Below are positions 20,562 through 30,424 of a DNA stretch of 64,000 nucleotides, one piece after another. Source of the stretch: Candidatus Omnitrophota bacterium (GTDB lineage: Bacteria > Omnitrophota > Gorgyraeia > B26-G9); NCBI GenBank assembly GCA_043805415.1, contig JAZDHZ010000002.1:15773-79772 (forward strand), in the 5' to 3' direction. The notes beneath the pieces were generated by a model, which was not told where the DNA came from, did no database searches, and saw nothing but the letters and a program-made list of their open reading frames with translations. The first letter of the stretch is position 1; the number at the start of each line of letters is the position of its first letter. The position numbers and the translations under genes are program-made.

Positions 20562-22556
20562 ATGTTGCAAATCCGAAAAATAGCTAGAGGCAGTATTGTT
20601 ATCTGGTTATTTATTCATCTGATTATGAATACGACTGTAGGCTGTGCAGCGCCTTTGCAACAGGATATCCGGAAAAGTTTCCTGTCCCCCGCAATAGCAA
20701 TATCAGACATTTTAAGCGTCTTTTTATCGCCGCGCCAAAACCAGCTAAAAGTAGAGCCGGACGCGCTTGCTATAGTACGCAATGCTTTTAGGGATAATGC
20801 TGTCTATATAGCCATGGAATTGGCAATGCATAAAGTGATTGAGCACTTAGACTCGGAAAAAATAGTCGCGGTAAATATCACAGCAGAAAACGGCAATAGT
20901 GTGCGAATAAAAATTCCCCATCCCAGCGCTGTAAGCGAAGCAGGAGATATGCAGGCAGTCTATAAGTATTATATCGCAAAGCGCTATGCTTTGGCTGTGG
21001 CTATGGGAAATGGTCCGGGTGCTAATCTTTACATCAAGGCAGAAGATTCACAGGGGAAAAGATTGCCGGATGTAGAGGCTGGAATTATCGCTGTTGCGCA
21101 AAATGTATTTGATGCCGCGGGTAAGGCATTTACAAGTAAGGCAAATGCCGGCAATAAGGTACTTGTCAAAAACGAACCAGAGCATTTAGAGGTATCAAAA
21201 GCCGTAACGTTTGCAAAACGGAAAATTTTACATATCAGCGGGGCTGAATATAAACAGATAACAGGCAATGATCTAATTACCATCGGCATTGATTTGGGCG
21301 GTAAAGGCATGGGCCCAGGAATTAGAGTAAATGGCATAAACGTGACTGATTCACTGCTGCCAAAGGCTGAAAATGAAGAGGAGTTAATAAACAATGATCA
21401 AAGCTTGCGCTATCGATACTCATTTTCAAAAGACGAAGGCGGCAGCGGTGCTGAGCTGCGCGATAGACTCGTAAAATTTGTCAGTCAGATTGTTGATGTA
21501 GTAAGCGCAAAATACGGGCAGGTTGACGCGGTTTTTATCAATTCTGCCGGAGCCCCTGATTTTGCTAATGATCGTTTTGCCAGCATTGGAGCTTTGTCCA
21601 GACGATTTGAAGCATTCGGCGGCATGGAAAAAAATATGCAAGCTGTAAATGAGTTTATTCCGCAGCTGAGAAAGCAGCTGGGAGTGGTTGTTGGTTTTGG
21701 CAATGATATGACTGGATGGGCAATATCAATCGCGGAACAAGCTGGATTTTTTATTGGGCAGCAGAATTCCCGCGCTGGCGCTATTTTAACCGGAGGCGGT
21801 ATTGGCGCTAAGGAGATGAATGACGGTGTTGCTGTTGCCGGGATGAACGAAGGCGGACACTTTGTGTGGAATAGCGGGGATATGGTTGAGTCATTCTCCA
21901 GAGATTCGCCCTTAGGTTCATTTGAAGATTGGGCAGGAAGCGTCCGGGGGATTGTGAATGAATCAAAGCGGGTGTTTGGGGTAGACGGCAAGAGTTTATT
22001 TCAAAAATTACAGGCAATGGGAATTAAGGATGTTGATCCCAAACATATAGGCTTAGCAGCATCAGGGCTTAATCCTTTAATTAGTCAAAGCGCTGCTTCT
22101 GAAACAGCTTATCAGCGCAGCGTTGACCCGGAATTGCAGCGGCTTGCATATCAAGTCTGGGATAATATAGAACAGCGTGAGGCGCAGTACATTGTGTTTA
22201 TATATAAGCTTAGGGGTTTAACTCGATTTGCTTTTGGCGGAGGGACCACAGCCGGCGACACAGGCAAGATCAGATTAGATTTGCTTAAGAAATATATTAG
22301 TGAATATACCGCGCAGCTAGGGATAAAAGACGAAATAACAGTTGAATTAGTGCGCGATGCGGATCCCACAGATGGCGCGGCTGTTGCGGCAGAACACTGG
22401 TTTCAGGATTATATAGCGAACCAACTGGCGGCTTTGGGCGGTAATTATGAAACAGGAGCCAGTTTTGCGGCTATGCTGAAGGAATGGGATAGACTAAACC
22501 AAATCTCAGAATTTTCAGTGGGATCGGAGATATCTGCGCTGAATCATTCCATCTAG
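20562..22556 (+). CDS. Divergent ROK-family (actin-fold sugar kinase-like) protein with N-terminal export-type leader
   Basis: IGIDLGG, GND, GGGIGA, EGGH, GSFE and FGGG occur in ROK order; N-terminus is basic then hydrophobic (RKIAR-GSIVIWLFIHLIM...). Confidence 0.7.
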   Translation: MLQIRKIARGSIVIWLFIHLIMNTTVGCAAPLQQDIRKSFLSPAIAISDILSVFLSPRQNQLKVEPDALAIVRNAFRDNAVYIAMELAMHKVIEHLDSEKIVAVNITAENGNSVRIKIPHPSAVSEAGDMQAVYKYYIAKRYALAVAMGNGPGANLYIKAEDSQGKRLPDVEAGIIAVAQNVFDAAGKAFTSKANAGNKVLVKNEPEHLEVSKAVTFAKRKILHISGAEYKQITGNDLITIGIDLGGKGMGPGIRVNGINVTDSLLPKAENEEELINNDQSLRYRYSFSKDEGGSGAELRDRLVKFVSQIVDVVSAKYGQVDAVFINSAGAPDFANDRFASIGALSRRFEAFGGMEKNMQAVNEFIPQLRKQLGVVVGFGNDMTGWAISIAEQAGFFIGQQNSRAGAILTGGGIGAKEMNDGVAVAGMNEGGHFVWNSGDMVESFSRDSPLGSFEDWAGSVRGIVNESKRVFGVDGKSLFQKLQAMGIKDVDPKHIGLAASGLNPLISQSAASETAYQRSVDPELQRLAYQVWDNIEQREAQYIVFIYKLRGLTRFAFGGGTTAGDTGKIRLDLLKKYISEYTAQLGIKDEITVELVRDADPTDGAAVAAEHWFQDYIANQLAALGGNYETGASFAAMLKEWDRLNQISEFSVGSEISALNHSI

Positions 22557-23043
22557 GGCATGCCGGGTTTTATTGATCCAACAGGATGGTTTTAAAGATA
22601 AGAGAAAAACATTAGGATATGATTGATACTGTAGAATAAGTCGAATCAAGAAAAAGAAATGTTAAAAGCTTTAGATAATAAAATTACTATGGAATCAAAG
22701 TTATTGCTTGAACCTGCGATATAAATAGTTAAAGCTGATCCTTCCTCTAAAATGCGGACACAATGTGATTCAATGGATAAATAAATTATCCCAAATCTCT
22801 TTTTCAAATCGCTTGAAAATTGCTGCTGGTTTAGCGATACAATCATCTTTTTCGGTTACACCCATGTGTTATTGAACTTAGCGCTGTTAATAGGATTTAA
22901 TGGATAGCCAGAGGCCAGCGCTAAGTACCGCAGTATTTTTGAGATAAAGTAATTTTCAGCAGTTGTTTTAGTAATTACATTTGAGCCATTGTTATCAAAA
23001 AATGTGTGTTTGCCATAAAAATCTATAGATTTACTCAATGCTA

Positions 23044-23052
23044 TGATATAAT
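23044..23052 (+). promoter_or_regulatory. Extended -10 element upstream of the glycan locus
   Basis: TGATATAAT about 95 bp before ATG 23147; no clear -35. Confidence 0.45.
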
Positions 23053-23146
23053 TAATTTTATACCTATTTTATAAATTTCAATTTTATTTCCTAAATTTTA
23101 GATTAATTTTATCAAGATTGCTGTCAGAGAAGACAGGGAAGTTTTT

Positions 23147-24109
23147 ATGCGCAAAAAAACAGTTTTCGGTTTGTTCCGGATTTTTATCAGCCTTTTTTTG
23201 CTCGGGCTATTATTTTTGATAATGCGGGGAAAAATGGGTAATCTGATCCAAGTTATTCAAGGCGTTAATGTTCAGCTGTTTTTCTTGGCAATGCTGTTTA
23301 TCGTGCCGATTGTTTTTATATCTGGTTTGCGGTTGCAGTGTTTTTTAACTGTGCAGGGACTATCGTTTAAGCTGAGTGAGACCATCCGGCTTTCCTTGAT
23401 CGGTTATTTTTTTAATAATTTTATGCCATCAACCGTGGGTGGTGATGTGGCTAAGGTATATTATGCCAGAAAACGTTCGGGTGATTATACCCGACCTTTT
23501 TCAGCTGTTTTAATTGATCGGCTTGCCGGACTTTCGGCACTGATTGTTTTAGCCGGGATTGCGGTTATTATTTGGGGAAATCTTATCCAGAATAAAGCGG
23601 CAAAAATAATTATTTTGTTAGGGTTTTTCCTGCTTTTATCAGCATTAGGATTAATTTATACCAGCGCGGCTAAAGATAAATTCGGCTGGTTATTTAAATC
23701 GCCTTTATTATTAAAAATAAGAGAAAAAACCTTAAAAATATATAAAGCAATAAACCTATATCGCAGATCAAAAACCTTGCTTATTGGATTCGGCTTATCT
23801 TTTTTATCGCATGTCCTGTTTGCTGTATATGCCTATGGTTTAGCCAAAAGCCTGGATATTGATTTACCGATAAGTATTTTCTTTATTTTAATTCCTGTTG
23901 TCTGGCTGATAAGCAGTCTGCCTTCATTAAATGGCTTAGGCATAAGAGAAGGGGCTTTTGTCTATTTTTTTAAAGAATTTATTCCTCCGGAACAGGCTTT
24001 AGCGCTTTCCATATTGTATTTCGCGCAAATGATTTGTCTGAGCTGTATTGGGGGTTTAGTCTATTTGTTAAATGGCGCGGAGATGGTAAAGGAGGTTACA
24101 GATGATTAG
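23147..24109 (+). CDS. Flippase-like domain membrane protein (LPG synthase TM / UPF0104 family)
   Basis: FFNNFMPSTVGGD, DRL, PSLNGLGIREG and multiple TMs. Confidence 0.9.
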   Translation: MRKKTVFGLFRIFISLFLLGLLFLIMRGKMGNLIQVIQGVNVQLFFLAMLFIVPIVFISGLRLQCFLTVQGLSFKLSETIRLSLIGYFFNNFMPSTVGGDVAKVYYARKRSGDYTRPFSAVLIDRLAGLSALIVLAGIAVIIWGNLIQNKAAKIIILLGFFLLLSALGLIYTSAAKDKFGWLFKSPLLLKIREKTLKIYKAINLYRRSKTLLIGFGLSFLSHVLFAVYAYGLAKSLDIDLPISIFFILIPVVWLISSLPSLNGLGIREGAFVYFFKEFIPPEQALALSILYFAQMICLSCIGGLVYLLNGAEMVKEVTDD

Positions 24110-24266
24110 TAAAGAATTACTTGAGGTCCTGGCCTGTCCAGTGTGCAAGCAGTCAGTTCAATTAAAAGAAGATAGATTGATTTGTCAGCAATGTAAGCTT
24201 GCTTTTTTGATAAAAGATGATATTCCGGTAATGATTATAGAACAGGCTTTATCAATCAAGGAGTAG
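24102..24266 (+). CDS. Trm112/YcaR family protein (54 aa, absent from the ORF track)
   Basis: Manual translation MISKELLEVLACPVCKQSVQLKEDRLICQQCKLAFLIKDDIPVMIIEQALSIKE; SD AAGGAGG. Confidence 0.9.
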   Translation: MISKELLEVLACPVCKQSVQLKEDRLICQQCKLAFLIKDDIPVMIIEQALSIKE

Positions 24267-24277
24267 AGGATTAAAAA

Positions 24278-25165
24278 ATGAATATAAAAAATACATCCCC
24301 GCAAGTTAGTATTATTATGCCGACATATAATCGCGCGCTTTTAATCCCTCGCGCGATTAAGAGTATTCTTGAGCAAACCTATACAGATTTTGAAATAATA
24401 GTTATTGATGACTGCTCAACTGATGATACAGCGCATATAATCGCCGGATTTAATGATTTGAGGATTAAATATATATATTTAAGTAAACATCAGGGAGCTT
24501 CATTTGCTCGTAATGAGGGGCTGAAAATCGCTTTTGGCGAGTTTATTGCTTTTGCTGACAGCGATGATGTTTGGCTAAAAGAAAAATTAGAAAAGCAAGT
24601 AAATGTCTTAGCAACTGCTCCTGATGATATGGGGCTGGTTTATTCAGCGGTTTGGAAGGTAGCAGCAAGAAAAAAAATATTTTTCCCCAGTAAAGGATTT
24701 GGAAAAAAAAGAAGCGGTTATATTCATGAAAATCTTTTATTTGGCAATTTTGTTACAATTCACGTTCTAATCCGCAGGCAATGCCTTGCTCAAGTAGATA
24801 TGTTTGATGAAAAATTACCAAGGCTTCAGGATTGGGATCTTTGGCTGCGTTTATCTGAAAAATTCAAATTCTTTTATATACCTGAGCCTTTGGCTATAGT
24901 TTATAAAACAACAGATGCTATTTCAGAAAAAAGTTCTAGCTTAGCGGTTGGGCTTGAAATAATACTTAAAAAATTCTTAAAGGATTTCGCGGTTTATCCT
25001 AGTCTGCTTGCCAAGTATTATTATTGTTTAGGCAGGGTTTTTTATAAAAACAAGCAGAAAAACAAAAGTCAAAAATATCTTGAACAGGCTTTAGATTTAG
25101 CGCCATATGATTTAAAGTATATGTTTTGTGTCTGGCTGTTTGGTTTTACGAATAAAAAACAATAA
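24278..25165 (+). CDS. Glycosyltransferase family 2 with TPR-like C-terminus
   Basis: VSIIMPTYNR, DDCSTD, ARNEG, FADSDD, QDWDLWLR. Confidence 0.92.
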   Translation: MNIKNTSPQVSIIMPTYNRALLIPRAIKSILEQTYTDFEIIVIDDCSTDDTAHIIAGFNDLRIKYIYLSKHQGASFARNEGLKIAFGEFIAFADSDDVWLKEKLEKQVNVLATAPDDMGLVYSAVWKVAARKKIFFPSKGFGKKRSGYIHENLLFGNFVTIHVLIRRQCLAQVDMFDEKLPRLQDWDLWLRLSEKFKFFYIPEPLAIVYKTTDAISEKSSSLAVGLEIILKKFLKDFAVYPSLLAKYYYCLGRVFYKNKQKNKSQKYLEQALDLAPYDLKYMFCVWLFGFTNKKQ

Positions 25166-25179
25166 AATTTGTTAAAAAT

Positions 25180-26136
25180 ATGCGGAATAGTAAATTGCTG
25201 TCAATCATCATTGTTAATTACAATACAGGTAAGTTTCTGCTGGATTGTGTTAAATCTATTTATAGCGGACATGAACTTTCTGGTTTTGAAATAATAATAA
25301 TTGATAATGCTTCCAGCGATGATAGCCTTATCCAGCTTAAAAAAGAGTATCCGCATATTCTGCTGGTCAATAATAAAGAAAATTTGGGCTTTGGCAAAGC
25401 GGTTAATCAGGGAATTAAAATCGCAAACAATAAGTTTATCCTGCTGTTAAATCCGGATACAATTATTAGCAGCGGCTGTTTTGATAAAATGATCGCCTTT
25501 CTGCGGAATAACCCAAAAGCCGGGGCCTGCGGTCCGGCAATATACAATTCGGATAAAAATCTTCAAATGTCTTGTCATCATTTCCCCGGATTACTGGATA
25601 TAGTTTTTGATAAAACCCATTTAAATAAAATTTTCAGTAAAAATCCTTTGTTTGGCAGGTATCAAATGTCTTATTGGGCCCATGATACTCTCCGGGAGGT
25701 TGACTGGCTGACCGGAGCTTGTTTTATGATTCGCGCTGAGCTGTTCAGAGCAGTCAATGGCTTTGACCCGGGATTTTTTATGTTTTCTGAAGATATTGAC
25801 TTGTGTCTGAGAATTAAACAAAAAGGGTTTAAGTGTTTTTACTTACCGCAGGCAACAATTATTCATTATCAAAGCGGTTCGTCTGATGTGATAAAAAATA
25901 AATCTCCGGTAATTGCTTGGGAAAGTTTAATTTTATTTTGGCAAAAACATCATAATCCGTTTAGTCTATTGTGTCTTAAAATTATTCTCACATGGGATGC
26001 TTGGCTAAAAATCGCAATTTTAAATATATTATTTTTGACTTTAAAAACCGAAAAACATAAAAATCCGGTTTTAGCGGAAATTGCTTACTTTAAACAAGTT
26101 TTAACAATAATCAAGAATAGCGCGAAAACTAGTTAA
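25180..26136 (+). CDS. Glycosyltransferase family 2 (WbbL/rhamnosyltransferase-like)
   Basis: IIIVNYN, DNASSD, NLGFGKAVNQG, LLNPD, GACFMIR, FMFSEDIDLC. Confidence 0.92.
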   Translation: MRNSKLLSIIIVNYNTGKFLLDCVKSIYSGHELSGFEIIIIDNASSDDSLIQLKKEYPHILLVNNKENLGFGKAVNQGIKIANNKFILLLNPDTIISSGCFDKMIAFLRNNPKAGACGPAIYNSDKNLQMSCHHFPGLLDIVFDKTHLNKIFSKNPLFGRYQMSYWAHDTLREVDWLTGACFMIRAELFRAVNGFDPGFFMFSEDIDLCLRIKQKGFKCFYLPQATIIHYQSGSSDVIKNKSPVIAWESLILFWQKHHNPFSLLCLKIILTWDAWLKIAILNILFLTLKTEKHKNPVLAEIAYFKQVLTIIKNSAKTS

Positions 26137-26153
26137 TCAGAGCGGTAAAATAA

Positions 26154-27284
26154 ATGAATATAGCAATAGATGCTTTTGAAGCTAATTTAAATAAAAAAGT
26201 AGGAATGGGCAATTATGTAAATAATTTGATCCATGCTCTGGCTTTGATTGATTCGAAAAATGACTACACTCTTTATGTTAAAAACCATTCTGATTCTAAT
26301 GATTTTATTAAAAAAGAAAATTTCAAATATAAACAACTGTCCAGTCCCTTAATTCGTTCTTTTTGGAGTCAATGCCGGATTCCGCTGGAGCTAATGTTTA
26401 AAAACCCGGACATTCTTCATCTGCCTACTGGCCATAAAGTTCCGTTTAATTGCCCAAAGCATACTGTGGTTACAATCCATGATCTTGCGTTTATAAAATT
26501 TCCGCAATACTTTGAAAGTTCTGTTAGATGGCGCTGTTTGCGGTTTACCCAGCACGCGATAGCTAAAGCGCAAAAGATCATTGCCATATCCGAATCAACG
26601 AAAAAAGACATTCTGGAGTATTATAAAGTCGACGCGCAAAAGGTAGAAGTTATTTATCATGGAGTAGATGCTGAATTTAAGCAGATTCAAGATAAACCCA
26701 GGATTGAAGCAGTTTGCCGAAAATATGGAATTAATTTGCCGTTTGTTTTGTTTGTCGGGGTTTTGCAGCCGCGGAAAAATATCAGCCGGTTAATCCGAGC
26801 CTTTAAACAAGTGCTTAATTCCAGCTCGCTGGATCTGCAGCTGGTTATTGCCGGAAACAAAGGCTGGATGTATGCGGATATGTTTAACACGCTAAAACAG
26901 GCAGGAATCGCTGACCAGGTTGTTTTTACCGGATACGCGCCTAAACCAGATGTGGTTTGTTTGCTCAATGCCGCTAAAGTTTTTGTTTTGCCTTCTTTAT
27001 ACGAAGGCTTTGGCTTGCCGATTTTAGAAGCAATGGCGTGCGGTGTTCCGGTTATAGCTTCCAATGTTTCTTCCATGCCGGAAATTGTCAGGGATGCCGG
27101 AATATTAGTTGATCCTTATAAAGAACCTGAAATTGCCCAGGCTTTGCTGGATATTATAAATAACCCGCGCTTAGCTAATGATTTAATTGCCAAGGGATTT
27201 AAAATAGCCCGGAATTTTACCTGGGAAAAAACAGCAAGAAAAACACTCATGCTCTATGAATCAATGATTGAAACGGAAAATTAA
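26154..27284 (+). CDS. Glycosyltransferase family 4
   Basis: [27 protein letters not shown]. Confidence 0.93.
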   Translation: MNIAIDAFEANLNKKVGMGNYVNNLIHALALIDSKNDYTLYVKNHSDSNDFIKKENFKYKQLSSPLIRSFWSQCRIPLELMFKNPDILHLPTGHKVPFNCPKHTVVTIHDLAFIKFPQYFESSVRWRCLRFTQHAIAKAQKIIAISESTKKDILEYYKVDAQKVEVIYHGVDAEFKQIQDKPRIEAVCRKYGINLPFVLFVGVLQPRKNISRLIRAFKQVLNSSSLDLQLVIAGNKGWMYADMFNTLKQAGIADQVVFTGYAPKPDVVCLLNAAKVFVLPSLYEGFGLPILEAMACGVPVIASNVSSMPEIVRDAGILVDPYKEPEIAQALLDIINNPRLANDLIAKGFKIARNFTWEKTARKTLMLYESMIETEN

Positions 27285-27285
27285 A

Positions 27286-28368
27286 ATGAAAGTATTGTTT
27301 TTAACCCAAAGCACAGAAAGCGGACCAGCTAGCAGATATCGGGTTTATCAATATATCGATTATTTAAACCAAAATAATATAGAGTGTACTATCAGCAGTG
27401 CCTTACCCAAGACTTGTTATAAGCTTTTTTATCAGAGTGCCGATATCTGGAAAAAAATATTATTATTGCCTGTAATTTTTCTTAGACGTTTAAGGGATAT
27501 GTTTAGAGTGAAAAACTATGATATTGTGTTTATCCAAAGAGAAATATTAGCCCAATGTTTTCCTTTATTTGAAACCATAATTTCTAAGCTGAATAAAAAG
27601 ATAATATTTGATTTTGATGATGCCATATTTCTTATACCGCCGCAAAGGAATAAGCGGCTTTACGTTTTTCGGGATAAAAAAGCAATTGAAAGAATAATCA
27701 AGTTAAGCGCTCAAATCATCGCGGGAAATGATTATCTAAAGCAATATGCTCAGCAGTTTAGTGATCATGTTAGCGTGATTCCCACGGCAGTTGATACGAG
27801 AAAGTGGAAAAAGGCAGATAAAATATCAGATAAAGAGAATATTGATAATAAAAAGATTATAATCGGCTGGATCGGGACAAGGCATAATCTTTTTTATTTG
27901 GAATCGCTTAAGAGTGTGTTGGAAAAACTGAGCTTAGAGTATGATATTTGTCTGCATGTAATCAGTGATGCTGATTTTGAAATTAATAATGTCGAGGTAA
28001 AAAATATTGCCTGGAATATGGATACGGAAGTTGAACAAGTGGGAAAATTTGATATTGGTATTGCCCCATTATTCGAAGATGATTGGGCTAAAGGTAAATG
28101 CGGATTAAAAGCATTGCAGTATATGGCGTGTAGCGTAGCCACAGTTTGTTCCGCTGCCGGAGAGTATAATCAGATTGTCGAAGATGGACAAAACGGATTC
28201 TTAGCCAGCAATGACGCGGAGTGGATTGAAAAACTAGCGCGGTTAATTAATGATCCCAGCCTAAGAGAAAATCTAGGTAAAGCCGGTCGAAAAACAATTG
28301 AAGCAAAGTATTCACTAGAAATTAATCAACTAAAGCTTAAAAAAATAATTGAGCGGCTAAAACAATAA
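27286..28368 (+). CDS. Glycosyltransferase family 4
   Basis: ASRYRVYQY, FDFDDA, IGWIG, GKCGLKALQYMA. Confidence 0.9.
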   Translation: MKVLFLTQSTESGPASRYRVYQYIDYLNQNNIECTISSALPKTCYKLFYQSADIWKKILLLPVIFLRRLRDMFRVKNYDIVFIQREILAQCFPLFETIISKLNKKIIFDFDDAIFLIPPQRNKRLYVFRDKKAIERIIKLSAQIIAGNDYLKQYAQQFSDHVSVIPTAVDTRKWKKADKISDKENIDNKKIIIGWIGTRHNLFYLESLKSVLEKLSLEYDICLHVISDADFEINNVEVKNIAWNMDTEVEQVGKFDIGIAPLFEDDWAKGKCGLKALQYMACSVATVCSAAGEYNQIVEDGQNGFLASNDAEWIEKLARLINDPSLRENLGKAGRKTIEAKYSLEINQLKLKKIIERLKQ

Positions 28369-28381
28369 CTAAAGGCAGTCA

Positions 28382-30262
28382 ATGTGCGGAATATGCGGTG
28401 TGTTTAATTTTAACGGCCAAAGAATAGATGAAAATCTGATTAATGGAATGTGCGACAAATTAGTACATCGCGGTCCGGATTCTATGGGTAAATATATTGA
28501 TGATAAGATTGGCTTGGGCCATCGGCGGCTTTCAATTATTGATCTTAAAAGCGGCAATCAGCCTATCCCCAATGAAGATAAAACAGTTTGGGTGATTGTC
28601 AACGGAGAAGTATATAATTATATCGAGTTGCGCGGTATGCTGGAAAAAAAAGGGCATGTTTTTTATACCCAGACAGACTCGGAAGTCATTGTTCATCTCT
28701 ATGAACAGTATCAGGAAGCTGCTTTAGAGTATTTAAGAGGCATGTTTGCCTTTGCGCTTTGGGATAAACAAAAAAAGAAATTGTTTATTGCCCGTGACCG
28801 CACTGGACAGAAACCGCTGGTCTACTGGCATGATGATAAAAGATTTGCTTTTTCCTCAGAATTAAAATCACTTTTGACCGCGCCCTGGATAAACCGGGAA
28901 GTGGACCCAGAAGCATTGAATCTTTATTTAAGTTTCCTCTATGTTCCGGCGCCAAAAACAATTTTTAAAAACATTAAAAAATTATTGCCGGCGCATTACC
29001 TGGTTGTAGAAAACGGAAAGCTGGAAATTAAAAAATATTGGAGTTTACAGCCAAGAATCGGTTCGCGCAAGAGTATAAAAGAATATAAGCAGGGAATTCT
29101 TGAGCAGCTTGATCAAGCAATAAAATTACACTTAGTCAGTGATGTGCCGCTGGGAGTTTTCTTAAGCGGCGGGATTGATTCCAGCGCGATTGTCAGCCAA
29201 ATGAGCAAGTATACCTCGAATATAAAAACATTTTCTGTGGGTTTTGAAAATAAATTATACAATGAACTGGAATATGCTCAGATAATCGCGGGAAAATTCT
29301 CCACAGAGCATCATGAGCTGATCGTAAAACCTAAAGCAATTGAAATCATGCCAAAATTAATCAGCCATTATGGAGAGCCTTACGCGGATTATTCTTGTAT
29401 TCCGACATATTATATATCTCAGTTCGCGTCTAGATATGTAAAAGTTGCGCTCTGCGGTGATGGCGGGGATGAGTCTTTTAGCGGTTACCATCGTTATACC
29501 GCGGCAAAAGTTGCCGAAGTTTTTGACCTTTTGCCGCGGTTTTTGCGCCGGATAATTTCCCGCGCGGTTATTGAGTTAACCCCAGGCGGCGACGATATCC
29601 GGAGTAGTGCCTGGCAGATAAAAAGATTTTTCCAGGGTCTGGAATATCCGCCGGTCGAGCGTTATCTTAATTGGATTTCCTGTTTTAATCATGAACAGAA
29701 AAAACATCTTTTAAACCAAAGTTCTTTATCAAAGTTAAATTTAAACACTGATTTAGATTATTTAGAAAATGTATATTCAGCTAAAAAAACCGGTGAGTTT
29801 AGCGATATTACCCGGCAGGTGGATATTGATACATATTTACCCAATGATTTACTAGTTAAGATGGATATTGCGGCAATGGCAAATTCTTTAGAAACAAGGT
29901 CTCCTTTTTTAGATCATAAGTTCATGGAATATGCTGCCACAATTCCCTGTGATTTAAAACTGCATAATCTTCAGAATAAATTTATTTTAAAAAAAGCCTT
30001 GGCAGCTTCATTGCCCAGAAAAATAGTAACCAGAAAAAAACAGGGCTTTGCCATACCTATTGGCCAATGGTTTCGTCATGAACTTAAAGATTATGCTTAT
30101 GATATGCTTTTGGATAAAACCAGTATTGATCGTGGGTATTTTAACCGAACTTATCTAAAGCAGCTTTTAGATGAACACACAGCTGGATCTACGGATAATG
30201 GCTATAAATTATGGACGCTATTGATGTTTGAGCTTTGGGCCAGGGAATTTATCGATGCTTAA
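28382..30262 (+). CDS. asnB: Asparagine synthase (glutamine-hydrolysing) family amidotransferase
   Basis: MCGI, HRGPD, GHRRLSIID, NGEVYN, LSGGIDSS, GDGGDE; sits in a glycosyltransferase cluster, so probably a sugar amidotransferase. Confidence 0.93.
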   Translation: MCGICGVFNFNGQRIDENLINGMCDKLVHRGPDSMGKYIDDKIGLGHRRLSIIDLKSGNQPIPNEDKTVWVIVNGEVYNYIELRGMLEKKGHVFYTQTDSEVIVHLYEQYQEAALEYLRGMFAFALWDKQKKKLFIARDRTGQKPLVYWHDDKRFAFSSELKSLLTAPWINREVDPEALNLYLSFLYVPAPKTIFKNIKKLLPAHYLVVENGKLEIKKYWSLQPRIGSRKSIKEYKQGILEQLDQAIKLHLVSDVPLGVFLSGGIDSSAIVSQMSKYTSNIKTFSVGFENKLYNELEYAQIIAGKFSTEHHELIVKPKAIEIMPKLISHYGEPYADYSCIPTYYISQFASRYVKVALCGDGGDESFSGYHRYTAAKVAEVFDLLPRFLRRIISRAVIELTPGGDDIRSSAWQIKRFFQGLEYPPVERYLNWISCFNHEQKKHLLNQSSLSKLNLNTDLDYLENVYSAKKTGEFSDITRQVDIDTYLPNDLLVKMDIAAMANSLETRSPFLDHKFMEYAATIPCDLKLHNLQNKFILKKALAASLPRKIVTRKKQGFAIPIGQWFRHELKDYAYDMLLDKTSIDRGYFNRTYLKQLLDEHTAGSTDNGYKLWTLLMFELWAREFIDA

Positions 30263-30287
30263 TCAATTAATTTAGTTTAGAGTTATA

Positions 30288-30316
30288 TTGACAAGCTTAC
30301 TGGGATATGTTAACCT
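30288..30316 (+). promoter_or_regulatory. Putative sigma70 promoter of the pilus motor operon
   Basis: TTGACA-17 bp-TAACCT with TGn. Confidence 0.7.
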
Positions 30317-30424
30317 GTTTCTAAGTCTGGACAAAAGTCTCAACTGTAAATGGAGTCAGGGTTTATAAATACTTAAGGATAAGTAGATTTAGCTTATAGC
30401 TTAATGCGACCAAAGGAGGGGCGA

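Noticed and set aside
21029-22369. Long antisense ORFs within the ROK-like gene
   Set aside because: Shadow ORFs without SD or motifs; the + strand frame carries the family motifs.
30317-30424. c-di-GMP riboswitch upstream of the pilus operon
   Set aside because: No GEMM-like GNRA tetraloop/receptor architecture recognisable.
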